Shown: in pieces, positions 52,101-59,223 of the stretch
Numbering within the stretch: position 1 is the stretch's first letter
Layout: each line of letters begins with the position of its first letter
IMG/VR virus record: IMGVR_UViG_3300009183_000083
Span: 5,810-69,809 of that record
Strand: one strand, 5' to 3'
Source: a virus
DNA length: 64,000 nucleotides
Translations under genes and position numbers: made by a program
The notes under the pieces: generated by a model
What the model was told of the DNA's origin: nothing
The model's input: the letters and a program-made list of their open reading frames with translations, nothing else
Database searches by the model: none

Positions 52101-53500
52101 AGTCGGTTGCTCCATCTATAGGTTACGTTTCTGGAAAGTTTGCTGTTGGTAAGTTTAAAATGGCTACAACTTATCTTAATTTAGTTCAACGCTATCTTAC
52201 AGATTCAAAGTTTAAAAAAAGAGCTCGTGAATTTATTATGAAGACTGATCCTACAGTTTACTACCGTTCTCTTGATGGTCGCGAAGTGTATCAAGATGTA
52301 ACTAAAGGACAGGTTCGTTACAGCAAAAAAAACTCAGTTAAAAACAAATTAGGAAAAGGATTTAGAGCATATGAAAAGTATGGAGAAATTGCATTGCATA
52401 AAACTATTGGTTCAGTAGAGCGTGTGCTTGCAACGTCTGTATTCTTAACTGAACTAATGGATTACAATGGAGAAACTGACGTTGAAAAACTTTTTTCTGG
52501 AGAATCAAAGTTTACTTCAATGGACGTTACTAATTCTCGGATTAAAGTAAACGACATGTTTGGTCAATCTGATCAAGGCAACAAAGCTTGGATGTTCCAA
52601 TCTAGAGATAGCAGTCCAATTATGTCTGCTATTTTTAAATCGTTATCTGCTTTTTCTAATCACACTGCTAGTGTTGGAAGCAACATGTATGTTCTTGCGC
52701 CACAAGCACTTAACCCTTTGCTTAACAAAATAAGCCCTAAGAAAATTGACTTGCTTGATAAAGATATTCAACAAGAAGCATTGGAAAACGTAGTTACAAC
52801 TTTGGTTCAAAACGTATTGTTTGCTCCGTTTAAAGCAAAGATGATTGTTCCAATGGTATGTTGGGTTATCGCACGTTTGATTTATCGTGATGATGAAGAT
52901 AAAGCTGTAAGACATGCCCAAGAAATGGCCAATTCAATTCTTGCTCCAACTGAAGATGGAAATATGGTCACCAATGCTATTAAATCAACGGTTTTTGGCA
53001 AGAAGCGTGAGTTTTTCCGTTCCGAGTTGGAACCTGACGCGGCATTCGCTTCAGGCATTGCTGAGATAGTTTCTAAAACGTTGCTTGAAGGTGTAACAGC
53101 GCTTCCTTTTGGAGTTGTTGCTAGTTATTCAGCAGCAAACACAAATGTTCAAAGATTCGTAACAAACGATGCTGCTGAATCAATTGTGGCTTGGGTTGCT
53201 AATCTTGAGAAATCTAAGTTTTATTTTGATGACAACGGAGTTATGGTCCGTCAATATGAAGCGAATGCATTGGAAAATGTTGCTGATACTACCGCAGCAG
53301 GAAGCACTTTATATGATCTTGCCGCATCAGCAAAATTAATGGCTGAATATAACATGACTGACGAAGCTTCAAGTAATCGAATGAAAGCTGCAAGCAACAC
53401 AGCGCTTTATTTTGCAACTGAGATTGCACCTTTTTTACGTGACGCTAGAGGTCAAATGCAAAGCGTGTTGAAAGAAACTATAAAAGCAGAGAAAGATTAA
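37178..53500 (+). CDS. giant polyvalent internal virion protein
   Basis: 5440 aa; G/A-rich N-terminal helices (E.IEE..D.II), degenerate zincin EELTH, ART-like and Pol-beta NTase modules. Confidence 0.85.
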   Translation: MLIDKSSYSSDNKLPEEEEEVHPLASELGRHYLLSEDYVYGDDKKLVANQAFMHWASDQEAEKKGTVKATGYEKNDAGVLEKVEKDFPMFNGESLTSKGQEEYEKVKRYFDDAASMPNGGVSRNPTTRKWEVDSRLESVFTEKQEKRPDPFKDMSEFIDEQLKVTKEGDSPAYTYEDFTNFSNAVVKNGEAHLDPNNKEMKARFLQEVNRRTFDSSLMDEAEIGQKVAGAYVINPKNYSEVDKVESWIEGLTDLSASDKKMMLIDYRSKIEANVGTLVNDFAAADAGVIGGIFSSPLRDEFNEYMSKPGASGYQFLKENKERMSKDSYGVTSEIATKFRDSVMATGTGFLWAASAGNYTSPAEAWGGLAEDSSKAYSNGKAFELFGVDINRRDLTELTGQVGSFIAMGGMGALAGKGLTAIGAQGASRYAVNEAGILLSTVAKTEAAAAAGTRTFGQKTLAGLKAAGTDPEMYLGSLQAAGTSFGKTFNSTLEETGSREEALKAANIAAISDGFSAFIATGVMNRFAPGMGKVLGMGDGEVGGGIVQAFKNKALAKESMEQVQTLLNNLDGKIGEPLRKQFANDIGSVMGASARSLGLKGIGIFGNMGAEAIEEASDEIISDVISSMLDDSKTWNEEVWQNIGTKWKEYVKAGVLGAIGGAMGDATSTVLSPKETFGTSEGLKLQTQEWDRIKTNVKKFDSMENFVFPAPIQDAKNLAEYIAMPDDKVSIEQKSDALLAAVRNKTLFTSMVNANVPVADPSSVPEPSVTVDAEGAPIASDAAKQATSASVFATVMSNSGLVLPEGRVWRDDISFAPTEGSSPLSISNNVKITPLSTVADGDRTDHVTYVAAKKETTNPNGSVTTEYLSAKEAAAELGTAMSSLSSKNRTKANNLVNNFLSKSTNTNYNEQWSTEVQKEQGASSSEPNLTTESKLSSSIEGVPLDVGSEVKWESSNGNGPRSGKIISIDAASGMAVVQMPDGKARDVPVKAFSQAETPTVAEGALISSQNQSPGIKKQQTIIKNEQQENDANDGSNDEAISKAESDAEKDGEINAEKDGEEKDVLSESGAAGETSPAASSSSVNNRIKIRNRLKGVKNTEPLVNKENDRFYKSDGGIYVSKGKDPVTYVTDDEIDAEIERQGGNLNNALKVINDKITKMGGNINAYALDIQEKTAENATSLTYQDVTYVADPSLIQDGTDAIGGKWMMITNEKTGVVSYTYRPPTGSALSLGIGEVVAIDGKPDEFLVVKRVFNGRWDFEKKDAKDAAGDIINDKGLTQEGNKFTRSRLSLISKEFEKHFESIVNGKINPEQMEKLFLKVLKIVSPKKDFVVVNKDMSEEKGYVYASRNNENPDDFGSINVDYKKLSEQLSQLYRTANTKNKFSNALLGMDAARVVSAIIDEELTHLIGFKIFDDAELFSFYRSILDLPKNKDGTEHPFKQILLETLTERFPQRQGLPALSPEIDGFDEGTVGDADNMDEIVLTVATEMIRKLHQMATRGTTTERDTELSRQLQAAIYGDAAAKSQETAESKVKGPLNVIGQIIRRYAERVRNILWMKWQQGMLPRNTRDMLTRLNKAYQNEGIQGDVDFGYDAAMEESERRVEQYEKSFIDETSKIARISNPAMMKLRSISREFGYMSLGESLVVDKDTMTLSLHPKIMQHIKDNNLMDLDLVNKVLFELNGEGVSTPSYQKAVTVAFLKQQVMDLKRDKLTFNPSDLFDSMKNDEGLFGNQAKDAKSAKHSVLWRQILEGIPENNFEASLKEVVSPLVSERNEMWKERDRLHGLVIQEAFKAVNAIDTDLGGFSSIKALIKWGRLAQVKRPGKRELVDIFDDFTFPSEQWFEYQSPADKLINATPEESAQVRRDFKQSILQSLALSLPSITGESHVKFLESIGGPVSEALAELKSTEKSLETITQYIETIKYYNKFNHFIPGMDPKDRDQLKTAMSAERNARSPKKSGLPINDENNVLQRQQPLSPEAQAASFSIYQEYIEFSRAVDDYNKSIQFVKNRALGEFGTRSEEFGMNYADMNKATGNNATLEFKSMTDELQPASTPNDVFSGNMIPEGMKYGYGSIARFDDNGEPLSEEEQAWNAGLEVYRYTMQSNADFVGKNLFLNYWVNLQLGKVVLSGVASDYEKTGGFLFKRQVNEIEMVDYETADQAFPDLPTEELGEAKMKLKSGGAEDILNVMRFFQKVNVWASGIKSKYQGVTTDEVGGEQGFAGRMIPMLNELFGKMESMIDPISGESFIGLTEGLDFDLKAHVEDVIKFLSRHYEMKDFYTRSGSFVMPTEEVKDFMDFFKMKDGKLIKISSRKDNQIANDFSGVLLNSGKKLKVSLRSATQGVKLMKRSFKAFSNPRWKRNVEQEGSRYQRDPAYEPDNKAILKLGEMTADARMRNQMKWNLKYFETSRNYIFGSNWAFEFYNDIQRSSYGEGREPYVKIKASSISANRDITLNEMFDPNRWTLERPKGFIPNQQDYNDSLYFGVGKETRRVTDTNLYLNPESEVINPNEYSGSEDDPRVANSSMSTTDPTVRGYTQTYNEGRASTPQETAQRAFGRSAVSRSIKITQAAMFIGSNGPSGRSSSDADQFYFDMIRLGRDNDWFTSENIIEERNRSSNNVFFADLTNDEIDSMDNRQIMTVFRQSMTDSLVRRGLKGLFPALDYTNDETHNKIYDAFLDEYGNKTDKNGKYFFIDSEKFILDLLEFKMKFERAVVEENRVKNQDDIAIAYDLISKGNQFVSPNESERMAKAIKESMTSEKFNIFDTRLGTGLGTGNAIVDHLIDTLPGRTLIVEIRSDVADANDLKGLNIQVFKGNQKQGEAITPNVVFMPLNQNGPYLSKDKARSLISQLLSISAENNLVVKKTLLDLSAKIDAELKPVQLADGLVISYRSKPKKKTFFPKNRYIFDAFDKMAAIRSDFDIVSKSLSFPGVDPNLVDAIIMVSAFLTNDDAKTFLDQSYKGFEVRVSSNLPQQIQDDLLHSIWMIRQSKLYETNRFGDETENLESNDNNNEENEIDDEEEFPDPDKDVDNSDPSQELDDSLEKSEEANNFFADNVIPELEKKIAEIEDGKLEIEMVIASADFGVNDASDILLYNALASIVEAGIKRESLEVVKGLQERYSNKGRKARSTRDILANPKLGGQSGNLRADLAAPVVKSNAKEDEEVGFSQTKMSFAVKTYIGEAINMARPNVKNRTVLNSEFASTRINNINAALIYSLSSVENQVEEQLTRSFKSALGAVAKINFRSNTKNGTLDSVKISSQKIEVVVNDELLSELGRNLPAAELEVALSQTRKAVEDLFVSKDRFETILASLKEDRANAVVLNSKNVAEYWANTPTSIPDATGKRKGKKVSNDELSNAMSKENVELARAKSAALVDKLRVIDRQINRVQDDLLAVKREISKIENYRGQTVLGRSHFKANIGLDILKNEEGTQISAAVEEATRKVGFNIITTPFFGSIDERARWMDTSSDNAIADVEIKELRKEHYIKEQAMISALTQLATDHIDDAYKISRNTADNFMDFNPLKAIRQAIEISNVESIVLKDQMKMARTEAESAMMRGLEADDIAMLTDPASTNLMVMTFADQAKLTPQEKTGKTILTPNQYTRLRILNMPKSMTERSKKIGALFSQEGQNAILMPTTVKEQLMRAFPMTVTKRNVNSTITQIVAEAAALSQNVSLDSMRHSELEAKHNDGTITPEETETAQKLVYEAADKKGYDQKGHRAGVYKNGIPLLPSTTGGLGSAYYAILGGSLEEIKEFGGEILGPDRNNPSIKTIAGEVRINLGDKPLFVKHPSEVSEWADKNNLIPSFYAWLNYQQAVNSVYDTIYKGQNKTDWNAPTRRIDVNPNSLEARRAGRLYIETAESKKEYRDALIKDGYSEKDIDRMRLNEDTVGTSDAAKLNSFLFDQGHVTAIVADWSGAAKNKRASGDGRMFTEVALANPDQIKSAEPFTGVPLDQRFNPQSHSIAYAANLDSRPILNIRSSVRKALEDSGFSFSDNFDDVQASKIARVVTKRLRGTRDTSPEFILDGSEALSYLVYEQLGLPERDQAGRESIQKAIASWMETGKDPKNIDKSLWQKVLEVIERISSLWNGSKFQSIEKALSSELNQIEMGNKNYFLSPAVGRSKISFQGIVNRNPDAVGVMNYLQDQGIDFILTGSFAYADQVSIYRSADKPVHDVDLILKSGTVDLAADKLKNHYTTANLYDFHPRKGEASRINGIIVVPKSQQITNLITRWVKTRNGFEPLRSYDVIDNVTGNKVGSYKFSPSGEVSDNAGVILDLIEHKPGVEREFVNQSFQDGSDNNRTIKVSNYVSGFVHKLELLRYKDLRDFRMARPANTEGSAVLDSTTQSVNNQGQGIAYAANLNPTDHSYFMNSMESLKKETFSGDEFSLTKGKTMTKEEAAKAFSTEFANKVKVFLNTIRNNGDVNGKKVFDSNGPLYQAQIEEFSFMLEGMVMAYNDSAGVLKKETKDAVRTLLKSISENNEGSFSFISERQSFGIDINTENMVNFRIPKVFSSVFMDVETDLIVKRLTSSMTIHNGWASLFTMKYLDHHDSRMRNRFQKNRAGRQAALHLKNILDRGVSGKSGRSAYETRKKAAQEEIAQAAKKLDNNALDQTIGYFHAMLDGLDNANGMTYVNAFNSWFNQIKRGFDQYNELVKEVDSYYDKNEISKYWDANHIDLRRDKELTDKIKEILNSAKATSDFIDESKAREAVERIQKALIDNVTKGKEADVLNYSTTVSRVLGDIDSAMHLTMAMLSQPSDPRIDSEKNKWNNREVKGYKRTYSSVPMIIGYAGNPKSKVPIKQGEYISDAMDIVAFDRSSFFGGVGHSSQRFDDKSVFRPIFVNGVMAPQSLIDDAIYRLNVTPTYEVLRRSLGKVKDTSGQLGIEDSGILEIVQSQVPDINLPTQDYNEQKHNHDMEVDATTTALAFVANELETTIRNDYQTGVVNTGGAEILRFLGSTFIVRSLASLQQITDQSVAPSIGYVSGKFAVGKFKMATTYLNLVQRYLTDSKFKKRAREFIMKTDPTVYYRSLDGREVYQDVTKGQVRYSKKNSVKNKLGKGFRAYEKYGEIALHKTIGSVERVLATSVFLTELMDYNGETDVEKLFSGESKFTSMDVTNSRIKVNDMFGQSDQGNKAWMFQSRDSSPIMSAIFKSLSAFSNHTASVGSNMYVLAPQALNPLLNKISPKKIDLLDKDIQQEALENVVTTLVQNVLFAPFKAKMIVPMVCWVIARLIYRDDEDKAVRHAQEMANSILAPTEDGNMVTNAIKSTVFGKKREFFRSELEPDAAFASGIAEIVSKTLLEGVTALPFGVVASYSAANTNVQRFVTNDAAESIVAWVANLEKSKFYFDDNGVMVRQYEANALENVADTTAAGSTLYDLAASAKLMAEYNMTDEASSNRMKAASNTALYFATEIAPFLRDARGQMQSVLKETIKAEKD

Positions 53501-53649
53501 TCTTTGAAATAATCTTGTTTTATATCGTGAATTATTAATTCTAATGCTCCGATTACAAAAGGATAAGTTAAATCAAATTCTTTTGTTAATCGGTTAATTA
53601 ATTTTTCCACTTGCTCTATAAAAATAGTTTCTTGGTCATTTTGATCCAT
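53497..53649 (-). CDS. small hypothetical protein (50 aa)
   Basis: translated by hand: MDQNDQETIFIEQVEKLINRLTKEFDLTYPFVIGALE... Confidence 0.55.
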   Translation of the reverse strand: MDQNDQETIFIEQVEKLINRLTKEFDLTYPFVIGALELIIHDIKQDYFKD

Positions 53650-53654
53650 AGAAG

Positions 53655-54107
53655 TTAAAACTTAAGCTTTTCAATTAACAATCTAGCGTGGGTAATGTTA
53701 ATTGAAATCCTATTGATGAATTGTGGATTTGGACCGTTCACTCCTTTTGTTTTATTTGCAATGGGAGCTAAATAGTTAATTGCATTAATCAATCTTTCAA
53801 TTATCAGTGCAGCGCTAGGCGTTTCATTTTGTCTTGGATCTTTAGTTTTTTCTAAGAGTTCTTCAACTTCTTGATTAACAGCAATTTGCTCTTCATTGTT
53901 TTTTTGTACAATTATTTCTTGTTCTTCTGTCAAATCATTAGTCCATATATTTGCAATTTCATTGTTTGGAGAAAATTCGTTAAAATCTTCATCTTCAATT
54001 ATTTCATTGGCAATAGGTTTTACTGGAAGAGTGTCTTTTTTTAAAGCTGAGTCAAAAGCTGCTGCAATAACTTTTGTTTTTTTTGTGGTTGTTTTTTTAG
54101 CTGGCAT
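53655..54107 (-). CDS. hypothetical protein
   Basis: 150-aa ORF. Confidence 0.65.
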   Translation of the reverse strand: MPAKKTTTKKTKVIAAAFDSALKKDTLPVKPIANEIIEDEDFNEFSPNNEIANIWTNDLTEEQEIIVQKNNEEQIAVNQEVEELLEKTKDPRQNETPSAALIIERLINAINYLAPIANKTKGVNGPNPQFINRISINITHARLLIEKLKF

Positions 54108-54342
54108 TGTTGTTGGTTTGTGTGTTTATTTTATTTATTTCTTCTTGAGCAATAGCTAATGCTTCGGATTTTATTAATCCGGGCATGATTCGTTTGGCAA
54201 TTTTTTGCGCAGCTTTAATAGCGTTGTCTAAAGATATTGGATCATTAACGTCAGATAATGGTTTCATTAGAGCTGGAGCTAAAAAAAGAACTAATTTTTT
54301 AATTCTTTCTGATTGTTCCAAAGTAAAAGGTTTTTCCTTCAT
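54097..54342 (-). CDS. hypothetical protein
   Basis: 81 aa, coupled to its neighbours. Confidence 0.6.
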   Translation of the reverse strand: MKEKPFTLEQSERIKKLVLFLAPALMKPLSDVNDPISLDNAIKAAQKIAKRIMPGLIKSEALAIAQEEINKINTQTNNNAS

Positions 54343-54554
54343 TAGTTTTTTTCTTGAATAAGGTTTATGTATTTAAGAGTTACCAATTCTAATGCTTTTG
54401 CATTTCTTTCGGCTCCTTTATTGGCGGCTCGTAGCAAGCGCCTAGCTTCGTGCCACTTATGTCTCATTGCCATCATTTGATCATAAAGTTGATCTGCACG
54501 AATACGTTCATTCATTGCAATTAAACGATAGGTTTCTTCTTTATTTATATTCAT
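54342..54554 (-). CDS. hypothetical coiled-coil protein
   Basis: 70 aa, coupled to its neighbours. Confidence 0.6.
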   Translation of the reverse strand: MNINKEETYRLIAMNERIRADQLYDQMMAMRHKWHEARRLLRAANKGAERNAKALELVTLKYINLIQEKN

Positions 54555-54774
54555 TCAATGGTTGCCAAGTGTTTATAAAAAGACTATTGAAATATTTTTT
54601 TTCTACGCGAAAAGGATCGCCAAGATCTCCTTCTTCAGAATGGACAAGGTATATTTTTTTTGCATAACGACAAGTAACTCGATTAAAATTACCGACTTGA
54701 TCAACATAGAGTTGTCTTTTAATAATCCCCCGCTCTCCACAAATATGACGAAATTCAATTGTTAGTTTTTCCAT
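54541..54774 (-). CDS. hypothetical protein
   Basis: 77 aa, coupled to its neighbours. Confidence 0.6.
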   Translation of the reverse strand: MEKLTIEFRHICGERGIIKRQLYVDQVGNFNRVTCRYAKKIYLVHSEEGDLGDPFRVEKKYFNSLFINTWQPLNEYK

Positions 54775-55292
54775 TATTTAGTCAGGCTAAAGTTTTCTAG
54801 AATTGGTATAGAGTAGTAAGCTGGGAAAGGCATTTTCAAAATAAGTTCTCTTGCGTCATCAATGGTAAAGACTTTGCTGTTTCTTCCTGGCCACAAGAGT
54901 CCAATGGATTCGGCATCTTTTCCGTTTTCGTGTACCCAGTGGTGGCACGGAGTGCATGTTTGAACTGTAAATAAGAACGAGGTTTTGCGTCTTCCTGCTG
55001 GGTGGTGGCGTTCGAACGCAGCTTTAGGGAGCGATACCCCACATTTTGGGCATCTAGGATAAGGCGGTATTTTTTCATAGGCTTGCGCATATGCGCTTAA
55101 CAAAGCTTTTCTTTGTGCAGTCGCAGGAGGACGCTTACGACGCTTCTCAGGGGCCTTAAAGGTAGGCTCTTGGTCCGTCTGGATTGTATTCGGGATTGTT
55201 GCTGGGTTCATTTGATGAAACCATTTCAGAGAATCCTTCAATTCCTTTTTGGATGAGCTTAAACTTTTTTTCTTTAATGCTTTTTTCTTCAT
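54774..55292 (-). CDS. HNH-like Zn-binding nuclease
   Basis: CPKC...ERHHPAGR...CTPCHHWVH. Confidence 0.7.
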   Translation of the reverse strand: MKKKALKKKSLSSSKKELKDSLKWFHQMNPATIPNTIQTDQEPTFKAPEKRRKRPPATAQRKALLSAYAQAYEKIPPYPRCPKCGVSLPKAAFERHHPAGRRKTSFLFTVQTCTPCHHWVHENGKDAESIGLLWPGRNSKVFTIDDARELILKMPFPAYYSIPILENFSLTK

Positions 55293-55500
55293 TGATGAAC
55301 TGATTTAAAGCATTAGCAGCAATTTCCATAATAACTTCAAGTTCTTCTTCTTCGTTGCCTACATTTGGAGTGGATTGTGCAACTCGGGCAACAACTAAAG
55401 CAATGGCTTCTTGAATAGTGTTGTAATCACTATTAGCATGAAAGATTGGTCCTAAAACTTTTGTTATTTCTTCGACCATGTTGTGTGTTTTTGATTTCAT
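55156..55500 (-). CDS. hypothetical protein
   Basis: 114 aa; its 3' end overlaps the HNH gene. Confidence 0.55.
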   Translation of the reverse strand: MKSKTHNMVEEITKVLGPIFHANSDYNTIQEAIALVVARVAQSTPNVGNEEEELEVIMEIAANALNQFINEEKSIKEKKFKLIQKGIEGFSEMVSSNEPSNNPEYNPDGPRAYL

Positions 55501-55509
55501 TTTATTAAA

Positions 55510-57354
55510 TCACCAAGGTTTGGATTCATACATTTGTTTTGGTTCGCCAGCTTTTGACATAAAACGCATTGTTGGCTTGTCAAAGTAATAAGAACACATT
55601 GGAAGAGAACCAGTCGCACGTTGCTTGCGAGCAATAATCTTACCACATGGAGTAGATCGCCAAAACATTTCAATGTCTTTCTGCTCTTCCCCTGAGTCTT
55701 CCATTTCTGCAATTCGTTCAGCTTTTGCCATGTCACGCCAACAAGTTATTACATTGTTTGGTATGTCACCCCATTCTGAAGCACCACGAATTTCAGCCAT
55801 TCCAGGGGCTTTGCTGGTGCTTTCTGGTGGTTTGCGAGGGTGAGCTACAACATGCACATGAACAGGGTAATCTGCCGCAAATACACGAACAAGGTCTGCC
55901 GCTTCTGCTTGCTTTGTATTGTCACCGCGATCAATATCCATTGTCATAACATTATCTATTACGAATGATTCAATGCCATAACGTCTGTGCGCATGTACAA
56001 AAGTTTGTAGTAAATGTTTTGGGTCAGCCCGTTTGCGTATCTTGTACATAAACACATTTTTAGACAAATATTCATAAGCAGGATCAAATTCTTCGTGATG
56101 AGGAAGATTAGGCCAAGCAGTGAAGTTCAAAAGAATCTGAGCAAATGTAAGTTCTGGTGGTTGTTCAAACGATGCAACACAACTCATCTTACCTTGACTC
56201 ATCAATGATGCGACTTGGTTTTGTACGCATTGAGACTTACCGTGTCCTGAGAAACCAAACCACAAAGTGATTTCGTGCTTTCTAAAGCTCATGTCAAAAC
56301 CTGGAAGAAAGAATGAGTCGCCATCAATCAAATGCTCACCTTTCATGTAAGACCTAACAGTCTCTTTCATTGCAACAGGATCAGCAATTTCAGCGATAGG
56401 GTCACGATTGGTGTTTTCAATGCATTCAAGAATCTCAGCTCCTCGCCCTGATTTAAGCATGTCATTCGCATCTTTAAGAGGCAAGGTGACAATTAAGCAA
56501 CGTTCTGAGCCAAGTCGTGCAGCAGCCTCTCGTACACCTTTCTTGCCGGGTTCATCATTGTCGAACAAAAGAACAATCTCATCAAAGTGAGACAAGTATT
56601 GGTAATCTTCTGTAATCCAATTTGTGTTGCTTACACCCATAGGGATTGAAACCGCAGGCAGTCCTAGTTGCCAACATGCCATAGCATCCCACTCACCCTC
56701 ACAAATAATCAGTCTAGGAATGTTTGTTTCTGGATCACAAACATCTTTACCAAAAATAGATATGACAGGATCAGAACTAACCCAAGTATCTTTTTTGCCG
56801 TCAGCTTTAAGTTTGTGACCCCAATGCTTGGTCATTCCAAGATTACCATATGCGTCGTAGTAGGGGAACAACAACCCGTCACGGTCGTCTGACGAAACTC
56901 CAAACTTACGTAATGTTTCTTCAGTGATGCCACGTTGCCTTGCATACTCAATAGAAGCAGGTTTAAGGGGGCGCATTGTACGTGATAACGCGTCTGGATC
57001 TTTAGCCTTACTAATAGTGCCAAAGCTTTGAATTGGAGGAACATTGCAAAACTTAGCTAACCATTCGATGCTTTCTTTAAGGGTGCAACCTTTAACTAAA
57101 GAAACTAATCTCCATGGTCCACCTTTTATTGAGGGATCAGCAAAGTCTTGAAAGTATCCGGGATTGTTTGCGCGAGTACTGATCATCATTGACTCACCTT
57201 TTTCTCCAGTAATACCGCCAATTCGATATGCAGATGCTTGTCGTTTAGCATTAGGAAACAAGGTTAAGCAAAACTCGTCAATTCTAGTAACAAGAGATTC
57301 CCGAATTTGTTGTAAGTCATAGAAGTCTTGATCTTTTTGGTTTGTGTGATTCAT
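55510..57354 (-). CDS. T7 gp4/Twinkle-type primase-helicase
   Basis: TOPRIM IICEGEWDAM, LFDNDEPG and KDAND; Walker A GFSGHGKS; VIDNV; HVVAHPRK; IRGAS. Confidence 0.92.
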   Translation of the reverse strand: MNHTNQKDQDFYDLQQIRESLVTRIDEFCLTLFPNAKRQASAYRIGGITGEKGESMMISTRANNPGYFQDFADPSIKGGPWRLVSLVKGCTLKESIEWLAKFCNVPPIQSFGTISKAKDPDALSRTMRPLKPASIEYARQRGITEETLRKFGVSSDDRDGLLFPYYDAYGNLGMTKHWGHKLKADGKKDTWVSSDPVISIFGKDVCDPETNIPRLIICEGEWDAMACWQLGLPAVSIPMGVSNTNWITEDYQYLSHFDEIVLLFDNDEPGKKGVREAAARLGSERCLIVTLPLKDANDMLKSGRGAEILECIENTNRDPIAEIADPVAMKETVRSYMKGEHLIDGDSFFLPGFDMSFRKHEITLWFGFSGHGKSQCVQNQVASLMSQGKMSCVASFEQPPELTFAQILLNFTAWPNLPHHEEFDPAYEYLSKNVFMYKIRKRADPKHLLQTFVHAHRRYGIESFVIDNVMTMDIDRGDNTKQAEAADLVRVFAADYPVHVHVVAHPRKPPESTSKAPGMAEIRGASEWGDIPNNVITCWRDMAKAERIAEMEDSGEEQKDIEMFWRSTPCGKIIARKQRATGSLPMCSYYFDKPTMRFMSKAGEPKQMYESKPW

Positions 57355-57363
57355 TATTTATTA

Positions 57364-57717
57364 TTAAGTTTTGTCTTTGACAAATTGATCCATTAATTTT
57401 TCGTTAACTTTTTCCATTATCTCGTGCATTTTTGAATTGCCCGTAATGTTTGAATGTAATGATATCATGCGACCAAACATGCTTGAGCCATTCATTGTCT
57501 CAAGTGGAAACATTTTAATGCATTCTAAAGCAACAGCGTTTAGCTTGTGCTCTATTTGTTCTTCTGACATAAGAAGCTGAGTCTTAAGTTTTTTACTTAA
57601 ATTAGCATCAAGAACAAGAGCGCAACTAATTTCTTTTTGAATTAATCCGAGAAATGTCATCATTTCCATAACGAAATCAACAATTGATTCTTCGTCTTCA
57701 GGAAATTTATTTATCAT
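57364..57717 (-). CDS. hypothetical protein
   Basis: 117-aa ORF. Confidence 0.6.
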   Translation of the reverse strand: MINKFPEDEESIVDFVMEMMTFLGLIQKEISCALVLDANLSKKLKTQLLMSEEQIEHKLNAVALECIKMFPLETMNGSSMFGRMISLHSNITGNSKMHEIMEKVNEKLMDQFVKDKT

Positions 57718-58834
57718 TTGTTTCGGATGGCATTCTTTTTACTTTTTTGATTTCGGCAACAACTCCGTTTGCGGTAGCTGTAAGTTTTTTTAGATTTATT
57801 ACTATTGCTCCTTCATGCACTGAGTCTACTGAATCTGTAAATGTTACAAACTCACCTTGATCATACACAAGAAACTGAGCCTTGTTTCCACGGTATGCAA
57901 TAATTATGTCCATTGCTTGACCGTGGCTTCGGATATTTCGGATAACAGTGTCATCTTCCATTCTTTTTGCTACAGAACAAAGCGATCTTAATTGTTTTGC
58001 CCCTAGTTTATAGGTCTTTGCCTTGTTGAGTAACAATTTCTTTGTCACCATTGGGTCTGGTCGCAGCTTGGTTTTTGGGATTTTATTATTAGCCATTTCT
58101 TGATGGTGACTATAACTAAGTCCGCTTATTGGATTTGGGAATGTACGAACAGTTTTGACTGCTTGAGCAATAGTATTGTATGCTTTTTCTGTTGCCGGGC
58201 AAACTTGAGAAATCGAGAAAGCTTCTCCATGCAAATCTTCCATGGAAGCAACAAGAGATCCAATCATATAACTTGATTTGTCATCAATCACTTTTCCTAG
58301 TTCTCCAAGTTTTAAAGCATGAGAAATGGCAACATGTGATTGTTCAATTGATGGAGGATTCTTTGGATTAACAATGCAAATTCCATTATCTTTGATTATG
58401 AAAAAACCTTCTGGATCAGAAAAGGTTTTCATTAATGATGATGCTGCGTAAGTTACGATTTCATCTGCTTCGTCTTTTTCTTTATTTTCTTCAGATTCCT
58501 CCAGATCATCTGATTCTTGAAAAACTTGCAAAGCTTGAGCTACTTCTGATTCCTCAAAAGATTCTTCTTCGCTGCTGTATAAAACTTCTTCTGGTGTTGT
58601 TGATGTCATTGTGTTTTCAGTTGGTGGGGAAAGAGACAAAGCAGAGCTTAATTCTTTTACTCGTTGTCTTGTGGTGCCTGAAAAAGCCATTACTGGAATT
58701 TCTCCTGTTTCAGCAAATACGTTGACACAGCGACAAACTGCTTCAAATGGTATTTTGAATTTAGCTGCAATCTCAGGGTATTGAGATTCGTCTAGTGGTG
58801 CTTCTTGGTAATAAACGATAGTGTTTGTAATCAT
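57707..58834 (-). CDS. putative DNA-binding protein with LmbU-like segment
   Basis: IG.L......GE..S......Y.T....V...F....GLSYSHH pattern. Confidence 0.5.
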   Translation of the reverse strand: MITNTIVYYQEAPLDESQYPEIAAKFKIPFEAVCRCVNVFAETGEIPVMAFSGTTRQRVKELSSALSLSPPTENTMTSTTPEEVLYSSEEESFEESEVAQALQVFQESDDLEESEENKEKDEADEIVTYAASSLMKTFSDPEGFFIIKDNGICIVNPKNPPSIEQSHVAISHALKLGELGKVIDDKSSYMIGSLVASMEDLHGEAFSISQVCPATEKAYNTIAQAVKTVRTFPNPISGLSYSHHQEMANNKIPKTKLRPDPMVTKKLLLNKAKTYKLGAKQLRSLCSVAKRMEDDTVIRNIRSHGQAMDIIIAYRGNKAQFLVYDQGEFVTFTDSVDSVHEGAIVINLKKLTATANGVVAEIKKVKRMPSETNDK

Positions 58835-58881
58835 AAGGTGGAATGTTTTTTTAGCAGTCTAAAAATGATTGTCGATAAAAT

Positions 58882-59223
58882 TTAAAGTCGTTGTTTAACT
58901 TGAAACAAATTATTAAATACAACTTTTTCATTGTGTGTCGATAATCCAGCATAAAGCAGTACCCCACAAGGTTTTTGCTCATCATCTATTGGCGAAAACA
59001 TTTCTGTCCCTTTGAATTTCTTTTCATCAGGTAAATAATAAAGATGAACTTCTTTTGTTTTTTCATCAAATGTTTTTGCGCCAATAGTGATTCGCTTGCC
59101 ACTCATGTCTAAATCAAGGCCTGATAAAGCTTCCCAAGGAGTTTTGCCTGTTGCCCACCCAATAAAGTTCACTGCAAAATAAGCAGCTCCTTGGCTGTTT
59201 GATAGCTCTGATTGATTTTCCAT
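58882..59223 (-). CDS. hypothetical protein
   Basis: 113-aa ORF. Confidence 0.65.
   Translation of the reverse strand: MENQSELSNSQGAAYFAVNFIGWATGKTPWEALSGLDLDMSGKRITIGAKTFDEKTKEVHLYYLPDEKKFKGTEMFSPIDDEQKPCGVLLYAGLSTHNEKVVFNNLFQVKQRL

Noticed and set aside
4383-58863. TTTAG/CTAA variants with other spacer lengths (4384, 58850) and a mismatch variant at about 47098
   Set aside because: spacer of 6 or 4 nt, or a degenerate arm; not counted as true copies
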